Positions 55,356 through 64,000 of a DNA stretch of 64,000 nt are shown here, piece by piece. The notes under the pieces are model-generated. The model had not been told where the DNA came from. It saw nothing but the letters and a program-made list of their open reading frames with translations, and searched no databases. The translations under genes and the position numbers were made by a program. Location of the stretch: IMG/VR virus record IMGVR_UViG_3300009431_000003; one strand, written 5' to 3'. The stretch's first letter is position 1; the number at the start of each line of letters is the position of its first letter. This DNA is from a virus.

Positions 55356-58300
55356 TCTCCAAAAGTAATAACTTGTGCGCCTCCTCCTGGAGTAAGTAAT
55401 CCAGAAGGTACAGCAACATAAGTAGGATCACCTCCTACAGGAGGGTCTGCCCAATAATAAAGAATTAACAAATACTTATTATCTCCAGGACAATGTGGGC
55501 CTTCTTCTATACTGATAGGAGTATAACAAGTAAGTGTATTAGTTTGAATTCCAGTTATTCGCCAATCTAGGCCACCACTCCACATATATACTCCCGCAGC
55601 ATCATCAGCTAACATAGTCATAAGATTAGCCGGCGAAGCTGGATTATATATAAAACCTGGAGGTATCGGAAAAGCCAACAAAGCTATAAGGCCATCATTA
55701 GGTCCCCCATCTGGAGGGTGTGTGCTCATATTCCATGATACTGAGATATTATCTCTGGTTGGTAAAGGCCCAGGAAACATATCAAATAGAAGTTTGTACG
55801 GTAGTATAAGTCCTGAAAAATCTTCGTCTACAGTTGTAATAGTGTGGTCCTCTTCATACTTACTTTCGTCTATTACTATATAAGGACCATAAGGAGTTTC
55901 GGTCATCCCCGCCGCCATACAAACTGTTGTATGACCGTCTTTTGGTACATATGCCTGAATTAGCCCACTAAGAGGAAAATCTCCTGTTGTTGGAAATGGT
56001 CCGTAGATAGCTACACCATCTCGTAGTGCTATATTTCCCATATCGACCAGATTATACCAGAAACTGAGAACGAGATATAATCCCCCAGGATATGAATCAC
56101 ATCCTGGTCTATAAGAATTCCACTCCATTGGTGGATCTATCCCTGCATTCTCAGAAAAGATATAAATACAATGTGTAGCTGCATAGGGAGCAGGAGGTTC
56201 TATCGCCCAGTTAGCAGGTTGAGGCCCGGGCACAGTACTCACCTGCCCCCTATTTCTTTGCTTATCCAATAACACTTCAATAAAAGTATCAGTATCATCA
56301 TTTAAAGGTTCAGGAAATAAATAATAGCCTCTGGGATGACTATCTCCACGAACATCAATTATCTCGTACTCTACGCCATTTAAAATCAGACAACATACTC
56401 CCTTTTGGAGAATACCAGAAGGGAGAGGATAATCTCCTATAGAAAGCTCTACATTTGGTAAATTCGTTCCAGCAGTAGCATGAACAACACAACCTTCGTG
56501 CTGTACTACTCCTTCTATGTGACCTCTGCGAAAGACCCAACTTTCGATACGTGTACCGACAGGAACATCAAATGCTTTATTTATTACTGCCTTATATACC
56601 CCCCAAGAGGACCAATCTCCATAAGGAGCCAAGCGATCTAAGGAAGGAAGAGTATCCCCTACTTCGTTTACCGCCCCTATTATAGTGGCTGATTGGCCTT
56701 GTGCATCAGATATTTCAGTCCAAGGAATACACAACACATCACCAATGGCAATAAAGGAAGCAAGAAAGGGAATATGTTCCCCGTCCCCATATATTCCCCC
56801 ACTAGTAACCCGAAACTCAATTATTGTATAGGGTTGACCAAATTGATTTGACCAAGAAGTATCCACCTCTTGGATTTCAATATCCCAAAGAGAAACAAAT
56901 GGCCCTATTCTTCGTTGAATAGCTCCTCCACAATAACCTTCTGGAAGTTGATGCATATTCTCAAAAAGAGTATAGGGATCCACAGGGTCCGGTGGAGGAC
57001 CAAAGCCCAAAGATTCGTCTACTCTGGACAATCCGACAGTTTTCTCATCGAACCTATGAACAATATGGTAATACCCTTTCCAGGCATTATCTTGAGCAGA
57101 ATCAATTACAAGAATATCCGGCTCTATCATATCAGGCAGCTCATCTTTAATCATAAACATTCTATTATTGAAGCCTCCAGTAATATGAGGAAGCATCTCG
57201 TATATAGGGTTGCCATCAGTATCCGCCCCTGAAAGCTGTTCTGAATATTCAAGATCAATAATCTCTGCTCTTACGTCTCCCAATAAAGAATCTCCGTAAG
57301 GTACCTCACTTAAGCTAATTTTCCTTAAATTCATCGGAGTAAGTTGTACAAAGGGGTTTGAGTCTACAAAATATAAAGGAAGCATCGTAGAGGATTTTGC
57401 TTCCATCATTAAAGGCTCTTGTATCTTACCGCCTGCTTGGTCATATAATCGTATATCTAAACGAGCCGCAAAGTAATCATTTATCTCAACATAATCAATT
57501 AATAATTTTTGGGCCACCAGAAACAAATTTGTATGTTTTGCTCGCCCTAATTCAAACAAAAAATCATAAACAATATCCAGCTCTGCTTCAGAGGCTAGAT
57601 CCTCACGAACCATAATTACCCAGTTATGGTATTTTAAAGCTTCTATATGTGGAATAGTCGAGGAAAACATCCTTGTCCAGGCCTCATTCGAAATATAATC
57701 AAAGACCTTAACACCATTTGAAAGTACTGTGTATGCAGGAACAATATCCCCTACTGCCCAAGGTTTTCCTGTCGCCTCATTTATAGTTATTCCGTACCAA
57801 TCCTCTTCCTCAAACTCAAAACCCTCAAAATCCTCAATACCCAGTAATGCTTCATAATATTCTCTAGTCTCTCCTTGGCCTTCAGGATACGTAAATGCTT
57901 GATATTCTCCTGTACCATCTCCGTGTTCTGTAACTTTCTCAAGAAGAATCCTACCAAACTTCCTACTACCCGTATGTATATCTAATCGATAATCTCTATC
58001 AACTTCGATTATTTTAGAGGAATAAATTGCCGCAGGGAGCCCAAGCAATATAGAAATACCAAAATGAATATTTCCAATAGTGGCCGCTTTAGCCAGCACA
58101 TACATAAGACCCTTAACTACAGATAAATAATCGAGCTGAGCATCGGTATCTTCGTAGTCTTTCAAGTTCAGGTTTATTTTATACCCATGAATATTCTCAA
58201 CAGCCTTTGAGTTATCTAAAAAGGCAGATTCACACCAAAGAATTTCAGGCACGGGTTTTGAGGGATAGAAAAAACGATAAAGAAAGCGAATATACGGTTT

Positions 58301-60982
58301 CTCAACTCCTTGCCTCTCAATAATGTAATCCCCTCCATACTGAGAATATATTGGGGTAGGACTAACTGCCGCCAGCTCCTGGCCAAGAAGCTTAGTGATA
58401 GTAAACACACCTTTATTATATCCTTCAGTAACTCTTATTCTGTCACCAGGTAGCACACCCCTAGAAAGTAGATAGGCATTGGTCAGTCTAATCTCATCAT
58501 TGTTTGTCCGAGCCTCAAATCCTGTTGCTTTTTCTGAAACAGGAAGTTCCAGGGTATAATCCACATTCTCTGAGAAAGCATAGGGCAGCCTGTCAACTAC
58601 AACTTTAGAGCCATCATCTCGTATCTTATATTTCTGACCGTCCCCGTCCTCTTCAATCTTTGGAGGATCAATCATTTCAAATAGACAAGGTAAACTACGA
58701 ACATCCTCGTCCACCGGAATAGTACTATTCCTAATTATGTACGCAGGTTCTATTCTGAAAACAATACCGTTACCCGCATCAATAAGAGTATCTCCTGATA
58801 CATCCACGCCATAATAGTCGAGTTTGAATTGTTCCGAAGAAACATAGTCAAGCACTTCTTGAGCAAAAGCGTCTGTTGCAGCTATCCCTTCCTCTTCTAA
58901 AATAAATCCTTGAATCTTTGTGGCATCAACAAGCTGCATAAGGATTTCGTTCTCTGGTACATTGAGCTCTGTAGAAAAATAAAAAGGCCTGATGGTAGGC
59001 TCAAACCCAATTTTATCGTTATAGGCGCCTAAAATAGTACAGCCAATCCCAACACCTAGATTTGTTTTGTTAGCGATTATATTAAACACCAGAAGATCTC
59101 CAGCAGATACTCCTTGTTGAACAAAATCTTCCCCGGGAAACTGTAAAGTATTTGATATTCTCCAAGGCACTCCGAGCATACCGGCCACTACTTGACCGCC
59201 CATGTCTATACTAGTAATAGCAAATTCTGTAATATCAGAAACCACAGTATTGTATTCTATAGGGAATGTTCTTCCTTGAATATGAATAAGCCTCGGCACT
59301 GTACTTGTATCTGCAAACACTCTGGTAAGGTCTATAAATCCCGGAGTGTTAATAAGAGTACCTTCTGCATCTTTTTCCGGTACCTCAAAAGGTATATTTA
59401 CTACAGAGGAAAATAAATCGGTGCCGCCAGGAATAAGATACGTTAGCGGAGCAAATATACTAAAATTGGAACTTGTCCATCCTCCTGAGGGAGGAGAACC
59501 GTCCGGCGAGGTTGTATCAATCTTCAATAAGGTAAATTTGAATGCGTAGGGGGCGGACACCCACGGATATGGCTCGCTTTGATGTAAAGGAGGATCTGTC
59601 CACGTTGGAAAAAACCCGCGCACCGTCCCAGATATATCTGAGTGAATTTGCATACCAGGATGTTCAGGTCCTTCAGTAAGTTCTGCACCGTCCCAGACAT
59701 ACGAGGGAGGACCATCCCATGTCTGTGGATCAGCAGGATCATATATCCAGATATCCAAGATTTTATGGAAACCAGAAATTGATCCTTTCTTCACTTCGAC
59801 AAAATCCCCTGCACGTATTCCTGTGGGAAACTCTGAGGGAGTATCTCCATTATCTTCTACCAAAGCTAAATACGGAGAATCTGTGAACCATCGAAGTCCG
59901 CGGGAATAATTTGCACTAATAATCTTTGTGCCGGTACCTTTGACTGTATCTTCTTCCGGCGCCCAAGACCCTGTCCAACCACCTACAGGAAAATTTACCA
60001 TGTAATCGTTTAGAGCTAAAGATCGGCCACGAAACTCAGGAAGAATCTGTATAGATCTATTTAGATCGATGCCTGTTCTTGTACTGGACAATCCCGAACA
60101 ACCAAATTTGGTTCCTTGCGCAGCTAAGTCTGTCCAGTCTGTGCCAAAACCGTCCCGGGTAGGTACAGAAGACAAAAACAGATCTTTTCCTACATGGGCT
60201 TCAGAAACCATACCTGTATATGTACGTATTGTATCTCGATCTGTCGCAAGCCCATTACCAGGTACACCAAGCTGCCCAGTAATACCAGAATCCCCTCCAA
60301 CAGAATGGCCATAAACCATCTTCCAATCTATAGAGAATAAATCAATCTTTGGCACAATTTGGAACCAGTTCCGCCTAGTCTGTTTTTGTATATCTTGGAT
60401 ATTCTTGTCCACATCCATCTGGAGAGCATCAAGCAGTAACGAACCGACAAGTTGTGTATAACCAGACCATGCTGTAGTAAATACTCGCTTGTCGGAAATA
60501 TAATCCCAGGAATCACTCAAGAAGTTCCACATATACTGCATATCAGGGACTTTTCCTTTGCAGTAAGGGACCATCGAAGCGTAGCAGACCACCGTTATAA
60601 GTGCCGGCTCAGAAACATCATCTCCATTAGAGACAACTAACTCAATCTCATAAGACCCTACAATATCTGGATAGAAAGAAACAACAGAACCATCATCATC
60701 TTTATTTGTAAAACCGGTTATTGTTACAGTGCTGGTAGGGGGTACACGAACAAAGCGCCAGCGATAGTCAAGCGGGTTCCCGCTTGGATCATAGCTGGTT
60801 CCACCATTCAAAAGTACAACAGTGCCAATAATTGCTTCATAGACAAGCTTGTCAGCACGAGCAATAGGGCGCTCTTTAGATACAGCAAGGTTACAAGAAA
60901 AGAAGTTGTCTGATCTGCCTTGCTCTACTGTACCAGATAAATACCCAAGTTGTGGGTGAAATGCTGCAGGCTCATGAGCCAT
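55331..60982 (-). CDS. Large baseplate wedge-like structural protein with an N-terminal PKD/Ig-like domain (1883 aa)
   Basis: LNGGTSYDPSG.PL.Y.W...G.Y.IELVV is PKD-like; NIHFGISILLGLP and GVKVFDY motifs; tail context. Confidence 0.6.
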   Translation of the reverse strand: MAHEPAAFHPQLGYLSGTVEQGRSDNFFSCNLAVSKERPIARADKLVYEAIIGTVVLLNGGTSYDPSGNPLDYRWRFVRVPPTSTVTITGFTNKDDDGSVVSFYPDIVGSYEIELVVSNGDDVSEPALITVVCYASMVPYCKGKVPDMQYMWNFLSDSWDYISDKRVFTTAWSGYTQLVGSLLLDALQMDVDKNIQDIQKQTRRNWFQIVPKIDLFSIDWKMVYGHSVGGDSGITGQLGVPGNGLATDRDTIRTYTGMVSEAHVGKDLFLSSVPTRDGFGTDWTDLAAQGTKFGCSGLSSTRTGIDLNRSIQILPEFRGRSLALNDYMVNFPVGGWTGSWAPEEDTVKGTGTKIISANYSRGLRWFTDSPYLALVEDNGDTPSEFPTGIRAGDFVEVKKGSISGFHKILDIWIYDPADPQTWDGPPSYVWDGAELTEGPEHPGMQIHSDISGTVRGFFPTWTDPPLHQSEPYPWVSAPYAFKFTLLKIDTTSPDGSPPSGGWTSSNFSIFAPLTYLIPGGTDLFSSVVNIPFEVPEKDAEGTLINTPGFIDLTRVFADTSTVPRLIHIQGRTFPIEYNTVVSDITEFAITSIDMGGQVVAGMLGVPWRISNTLQFPGEDFVQQGVSAGDLLVFNIIANKTNLGVGIGCTILGAYNDKIGFEPTIRPFYFSTELNVPENEILMQLVDATKIQGFILEEEGIAATDAFAQEVLDYVSSEQFKLDYYGVDVSGDTLIDAGNGIVFRIEPAYIIRNSTIPVDEDVRSLPCLFEMIDPPKIEEDGDGQKYKIRDDGSKVVVDRLPYAFSENVDYTLELPVSEKATGFEARTNNDEIRLTNAYLLSRGVLPGDRIRVTEGYNKGVFTITKLLGQELAAVSPTPIYSQYGGDYIIERQGVEKPYIRFLYRFFYPSKPVPEILWCESAFLDNSKAVENIHGYKINLNLKDYEDTDAQLDYLSVVKGLMYVLAKAATIGNIHFGISILLGLPAAIYSSKIIEVDRDYRLDIHTGSRKFGRILLEKVTEHGDGTGEYQAFTYPEGQGETREYYEALLGIEDFEGFEFEEEDWYGITINEATGKPWAVGDIVPAYTVLSNGVKVFDYISNEAWTRMFSSTIPHIEALKYHNWVIMVREDLASEAELDIVYDFLFELGRAKHTNLFLVAQKLLIDYVEINDYFAARLDIRLYDQAGGKIQEPLMMEAKSSTMLPLYFVDSNPFVQLTPMNLRKISLSEVPYGDSLLGDVRAEIIDLEYSEQLSGADTDGNPIYEMLPHITGGFNNRMFMIKDELPDMIEPDILVIDSAQDNAWKGYYHIVHRFDEKTVGLSRVDESLGFGPPPDPVDPYTLFENMHQLPEGYCGGAIQRRIGPFVSLWDIEIQEVDTSWSNQFGQPYTIIEFRVTSGGIYGDGEHIPFLASFIAIGDVLCIPWTEISDAQGQSATIIGAVNEVGDTLPSLDRLAPYGDWSSWGVYKAVINKAFDVPVGTRIESWVFRRGHIEGVVQHEGCVVHATAGTNLPNVELSIGDYPLPSGILQKGVCCLILNGVEYEIIDVRGDSHPRGYYLFPEPLNDDTDTFIEVLLDKQRNRGQVSTVPGPQPANWAIEPPAPYAATHCIYIFSENAGIDPPMEWNSYRPGCDSYPGGLYLVLSFWYNLVDMGNIALRDGVAIYGPFPTTGDFPLSGLIQAYVPKDGHTTVCMAAGMTETPYGPYIVIDESKYEEDHTITTVDEDFSGLILPYKLLFDMFPGPLPTRDNISVSWNMSTHPPDGGPNDGLIALLAFPIPPGFIYNPASPANLMTMLADDAAGVYMWSGGLDWRITGIQTNTLTCYTPISIEEGPHCPGDNKYLLILYYWADPPVGGDPTYVAVPSGLLTPGGGAQVITFGDWLPYPLV

Positions 60983-63572
60983 GATCTATATACTCCTCTG
61001 GGCAAATAATCGCAGTTACTTCTCTACCTCCTTTTACCGCCTCAGCAATCTCATCTTCCATCATCATTGTATATACAACATCCCAACCGTTTGCATATGC
61101 CGCCGTAAAGTATTCCCAATCTACAGAGGTTTCCGCTTGGACAGGCTCAATTACTCCAAATTGAAATGAGGGGGGATCGCTTTCGGGCGTAGGAAGTTGA
61201 ATATCTTTCTCTTTTACTTCCAAAATTCTTCTGTCACCCTGAACATATACAACAACACCATAATCGGGAGTATAAACAACTTTATACTCCCTACGCTGCT
61301 TCCAGTCCACAAAAGCAATATACTGTCGAACACTGGTATCATAAGCCAAAACTTTGTCCCAGAAACCAGCATCAGCAAACTCGCCGTTTACAATAGCTAT
61401 TGCAGGCCCATAAGGTTTTATATTTACTAAACATAAAATAACTGACCCCTTACCGGGAAGATAAGCTGCGGCGCCGACCCCAAGAAAAGAATCATATCCC
61501 CAAGTAGTTCCTTTATGTGAGATATGTTCCGAGACCTGCAGGGCAAATTCCATAACAAATCCTTGTTTACCTGCCTGAGCAAATATAGGATCCTTTTTGG
61601 CATACCGAAATCTTGTTTCAGAGCCTTCGTCTTGTTTCTCTTTAATCATTCGCAGAAAAGGACTTTCGATTGTTGCAGTTCCTACTCCTTGTTTTGTCCA
61701 ACGCAGACAAGAGCAGTCTGGTATATCTGGCGGGGCTGGTAGTTGGTCCGGCAACCAAAGAACACTAGATCCCGGCAATATTTCAGGACGTAAATCATCC
61801 CACCACGCCTCATAAGAAACAATCTTTTTGCGTGTTTCAATATTCTTAAAGTACATATTGGCATCAGATTCTACAGCATCAAGGAAGCCAAGATAGATGC
61901 CGTGATCTGGAGGTACTCCACCATAATGCGGCAAAGTAGCGTTTATTTTATAAAAAATAGGTCTGCCAGGGCTATCCCGATCAATTACATAAACAACATC
62001 CAGTAGTGGGTTGTACACTACTCGTAGTTTTCTAGGTACCCGCCAATCCCCGTAGTCTCTGTCCACAGGTATAAAACTAATTGCCTGGAAAGGGTCTTTG
62101 TCCTCCTGCAAACTAATGTAATGGCCATTGCCGGATTTCATAAGCCTAAAGTTATAGGAGGATTGCCCGTCTGCTATTGAAAACCCCATACCTGTATTTG
62201 AACCGGCTGAAGCATCAAAGGTTCTAACATTTGCGTGGAAGTCTATATCCAATAGCCAGGACGCAGGGGGAAACGCAGAGACTATATTTCCAAAGCCTCC
62301 CCAGGCCACTGAATCAGCCTCTAATATTCCCGCACCTACCAGCGGCTGCTCCTGCAACTCTATTTCGTGCCGAAAGATATACTTTTGGCCATAACCATTC
62401 TTTCCAAACTTAAGCCAGCCACCGGAAATGGTATGTTGCCCCCTCTCGGCAGTATCATAATGTCCCCAGGTCTGAGCGGCTTCCCAAGGAAAAACAGTTA
62501 GACTTCGCGGCATCGGGTATTGCGTAACCCCGTTACCATAAGTATTTATTACTGCCTTATTTTTTGGTACGGCCTTTTCCTCAACAGAGCCACGAACTGC
62601 TTGGCTAGCATAAGGATACAGCCTCATATAATCCAAAACAACTTCCTGTTCTGGAAGAGAATTACTATGTGAAACTATAAGAGATATTTCGTTGCTTATC
62701 TCTCCATAGTCCTGCCGCTTATTTACGCCCCCTCCAAGAATACTTAGATCCGGGTCCCATAAAAGAAGTGAATCAATTCCATTTATATTTCCATCAGGAT
62801 CGCTAACCATTAAAAACAGCCCGTAAGACTCCCCATAACCAAACAAATAGGTCCTGGACCCACCAAGCCATCTGTGTCCAGCCAGTTCATTTATTCCTCC
62901 TGGAATAATAGCAGAGCCGTGATAAAAAGGTGTCCTACCTGCCCCAAAAGCATCCGTAGGAGGACCTGAAATAAGTAAAAAGTCGCCTTGTATGGGATCA
63001 TTACAAAAGAAAACTGTAAGTTGTGCTCCAGTATCTTGAAACAACAAGGAAATTGCCAGACCTGTCCAGTATGAAGGAGCCCAGGGGTACGTTCCAGGAG
63101 GGGCCGGCGCCAAGGTACTCGCGTCTGTACTAATCCCTACTTCTGCCATTACTGCCTGCGCAGGAAGGAGCTGGTCGGTAATAACAATAGCGTCTCCCTG
63201 AAGCAGCCTCGGAGTCTCAAATTCTGGAGGAAAGGAAGAAGGCAAAGAGACCAACCGAAGCTGGTCGGTAAACCCAACAGGTGTCCCTTCAGGGTATTCA
63301 TCCTCTCCAGTGATAGCTAGAATACTTCCGCCGCCCGTAACAACAAAATCATTAAAGGTTGTATAAGATAGTTTTGCTTTGAGCGAGTCAAACTCACTAA
63401 TATCTTCTTTTCTAACATCACATTCATATGAGGCATTTCCTCTGCCAATCAACAAACGAATATCCCCAAAGGACATAACACCATTCCTAAAAGGTGTTCG
63501 ATACCCAAAAGAGGTAATTCCCTGAAGACTAAATGAACTCTTATCAGGTAATGGGTCCCGGTTGACTATCAT
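60972..63572 (-). CDS. Structural protein with three beta-sandwich (LamG/ConA-like) repeats
   Basis: The pattern W...R.(Y/L).(V/F).Y....(G/D)V.V recurs three times. Confidence 0.5.
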   Translation of the reverse strand: MIVNRDPLPDKSSFSLQGITSFGYRTPFRNGVMSFGDIRLLIGRGNASYECDVRKEDISEFDSLKAKLSYTTFNDFVVTGGGSILAITGEDEYPEGTPVGFTDQLRLVSLPSSFPPEFETPRLLQGDAIVITDQLLPAQAVMAEVGISTDASTLAPAPPGTYPWAPSYWTGLAISLLFQDTGAQLTVFFCNDPIQGDFLLISGPPTDAFGAGRTPFYHGSAIIPGGINELAGHRWLGGSRTYLFGYGESYGLFLMVSDPDGNINGIDSLLLWDPDLSILGGGVNKRQDYGEISNEISLIVSHSNSLPEQEVVLDYMRLYPYASQAVRGSVEEKAVPKNKAVINTYGNGVTQYPMPRSLTVFPWEAAQTWGHYDTAERGQHTISGGWLKFGKNGYGQKYIFRHEIELQEQPLVGAGILEADSVAWGGFGNIVSAFPPASWLLDIDFHANVRTFDASAGSNTGMGFSIADGQSSYNFRLMKSGNGHYISLQEDKDPFQAISFIPVDRDYGDWRVPRKLRVVYNPLLDVVYVIDRDSPGRPIFYKINATLPHYGGVPPDHGIYLGFLDAVESDANMYFKNIETRKKIVSYEAWWDDLRPEILPGSSVLWLPDQLPAPPDIPDCSCLRWTKQGVGTATIESPFLRMIKEKQDEGSETRFRYAKKDPIFAQAGKQGFVMEFALQVSEHISHKGTTWGYDSFLGVGAAAYLPGKGSVILCLVNIKPYGPAIAIVNGEFADAGFWDKVLAYDTSVRQYIAFVDWKQRREYKVVYTPDYGVVVYVQGDRRILEVKEKDIQLPTPESDPPSFQFGVIEPVQAETSVDWEYFTAAYANGWDVVYTMMMEDEIAEAVKGGREVTAIICPEEYIDHGS

Positions 63573-63596
63573 AATATTCTTTGGTACCTTCTTTCT

Positions 63597-63893
63597 ATGT
63601 CAGAAAAGAATAATAGATTTAAACAATTAACGGAAGCAGAAATTAAAAAGTGCTTAAATGGTATTCCAGATATTATTTCTCCGAAAGCCGATAAAGAACG
63701 CGAAAAGGCCAATGGTTCCATATGTCCTTCTTGCGGAAGCGTTGGCGGAGCTCTCATTACTCACCCCAAAATACCTTTTCTGCCAAATGCTATTTTACCA
63801 AATCTCGTTGTTCGTTGTGGCTCCTGTCAAACAGTATACGACAAGGCAAGCAAAATCATTACTGAGTCAATCGGGAAGAAGCAACCCGAGTAA
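63597..63893 (+). CDS. Small zinc-ribbon protein
   Basis: CPSCG...CGSC motifs. Confidence 0.6.
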   Translation: MSEKNNRFKQLTEAEIKKCLNGIPDIISPKADKEREKANGSICPSCGSVGGALITHPKIPFLPNAILPNLVVRCGSCQTVYDKASKIITESIGKKQPE

Positions 63894-63999
63894 AGCTAAT
63901 TCCTGGACCAGGAGATAAATCTGTTTCTATTGATTTATTAGAGCCAGGAATAAAGTATGTTGTTCTCCCGGAACCCTTAAACGCTACCTCATTCATACC
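63859..63999 (-). CDS. Possible C-terminal end of a gene entering from the right edge (partial)
   Basis: Open frame GMNEVAFKGSGRTTYFIPGSNK...RLTQ*; too short to assign. Confidence 0.3.
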   Translation of the reverse strand, partial: GMNEVAFKGSGRTTYFIPGSNKSIETDLSPGPGISFTRVASSRLTQ

Positions 64000-64000
64000 G

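Noticed and set aside
63574-63603. CTGACA-N18-GAATAT upstream of the 866-aa gene
   Set aside because: The -10 lacks the TA and abuts the ATG; probably chance.
1-64000. Alternative genetic code (stop reassignment)
   Set aside because: Long conserved genes are uninterrupted under code 11, and TAA, TAG and TGA all occur as terminal stops.
1-64000. Many 60-200 aa ORFs antisense to or out of frame within larger genes (e.g. 1611, 6935, 11394, 17345, 36150, 45383)
   Set aside because: They are shadows of well-supported genes, with no RBS or protein motif.
1-64000. tRNA, rRNA or structured ncRNA genes
   Set aside because: Intergenic gaps are short and explained by promoters, RBSs or one terminator; no cloverleaf or T-loop pattern was seen by eye.

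Overview
This window is a 64-kb segment of a large tailed dsDNA phage genome (jumbo-phage-like, genetic code 11). It has no cellular housekeeping context. Minus-strand morphogenesis operons encode a prohead protease (cut off at the left edge and missed by the ORF track), terminase large subunit, a putative portal, a baseplate spike, giant baseplate/tail proteins and a tubulin/FtsZ-family GTPase. A plus-strand replication/recombination block (28.5-45.2 kb) encodes an SF2 helicase, UDG4, DnaB, primase, a putative SSB, family A polymerase, HU-like protein, RecA, two resolvases and a Cas4-like nuclease. Small accessory blocks carry RNase HII, DUF192 and an orphan GT-C glycosyltransferase. Five observations stand out. 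(1) A single-chain bacterial-type beta-beta' RNA polymerase sits inside the virion operon. (2) A non-canonical intein (Ala1, no conserved His, Thr+1) is inserted directly after its catalytic DFDGD. (3) A recurring K-x-A/S motif occurs in the protease and many virion proteins, bracketing duplicated glycine-zipper cassettes, which suggests a protease-driven polyprotein/cargo-loading system. (4) Three morphogenesis operons share a TTGACA-N18-TAnnnT promoter. (5) A divergent promoter pair drives a probably leaderless HTH regulator. I found no tRNA, rRNA or CRISPR array. All assignments come from motif recognition by eye; no database searches were run.
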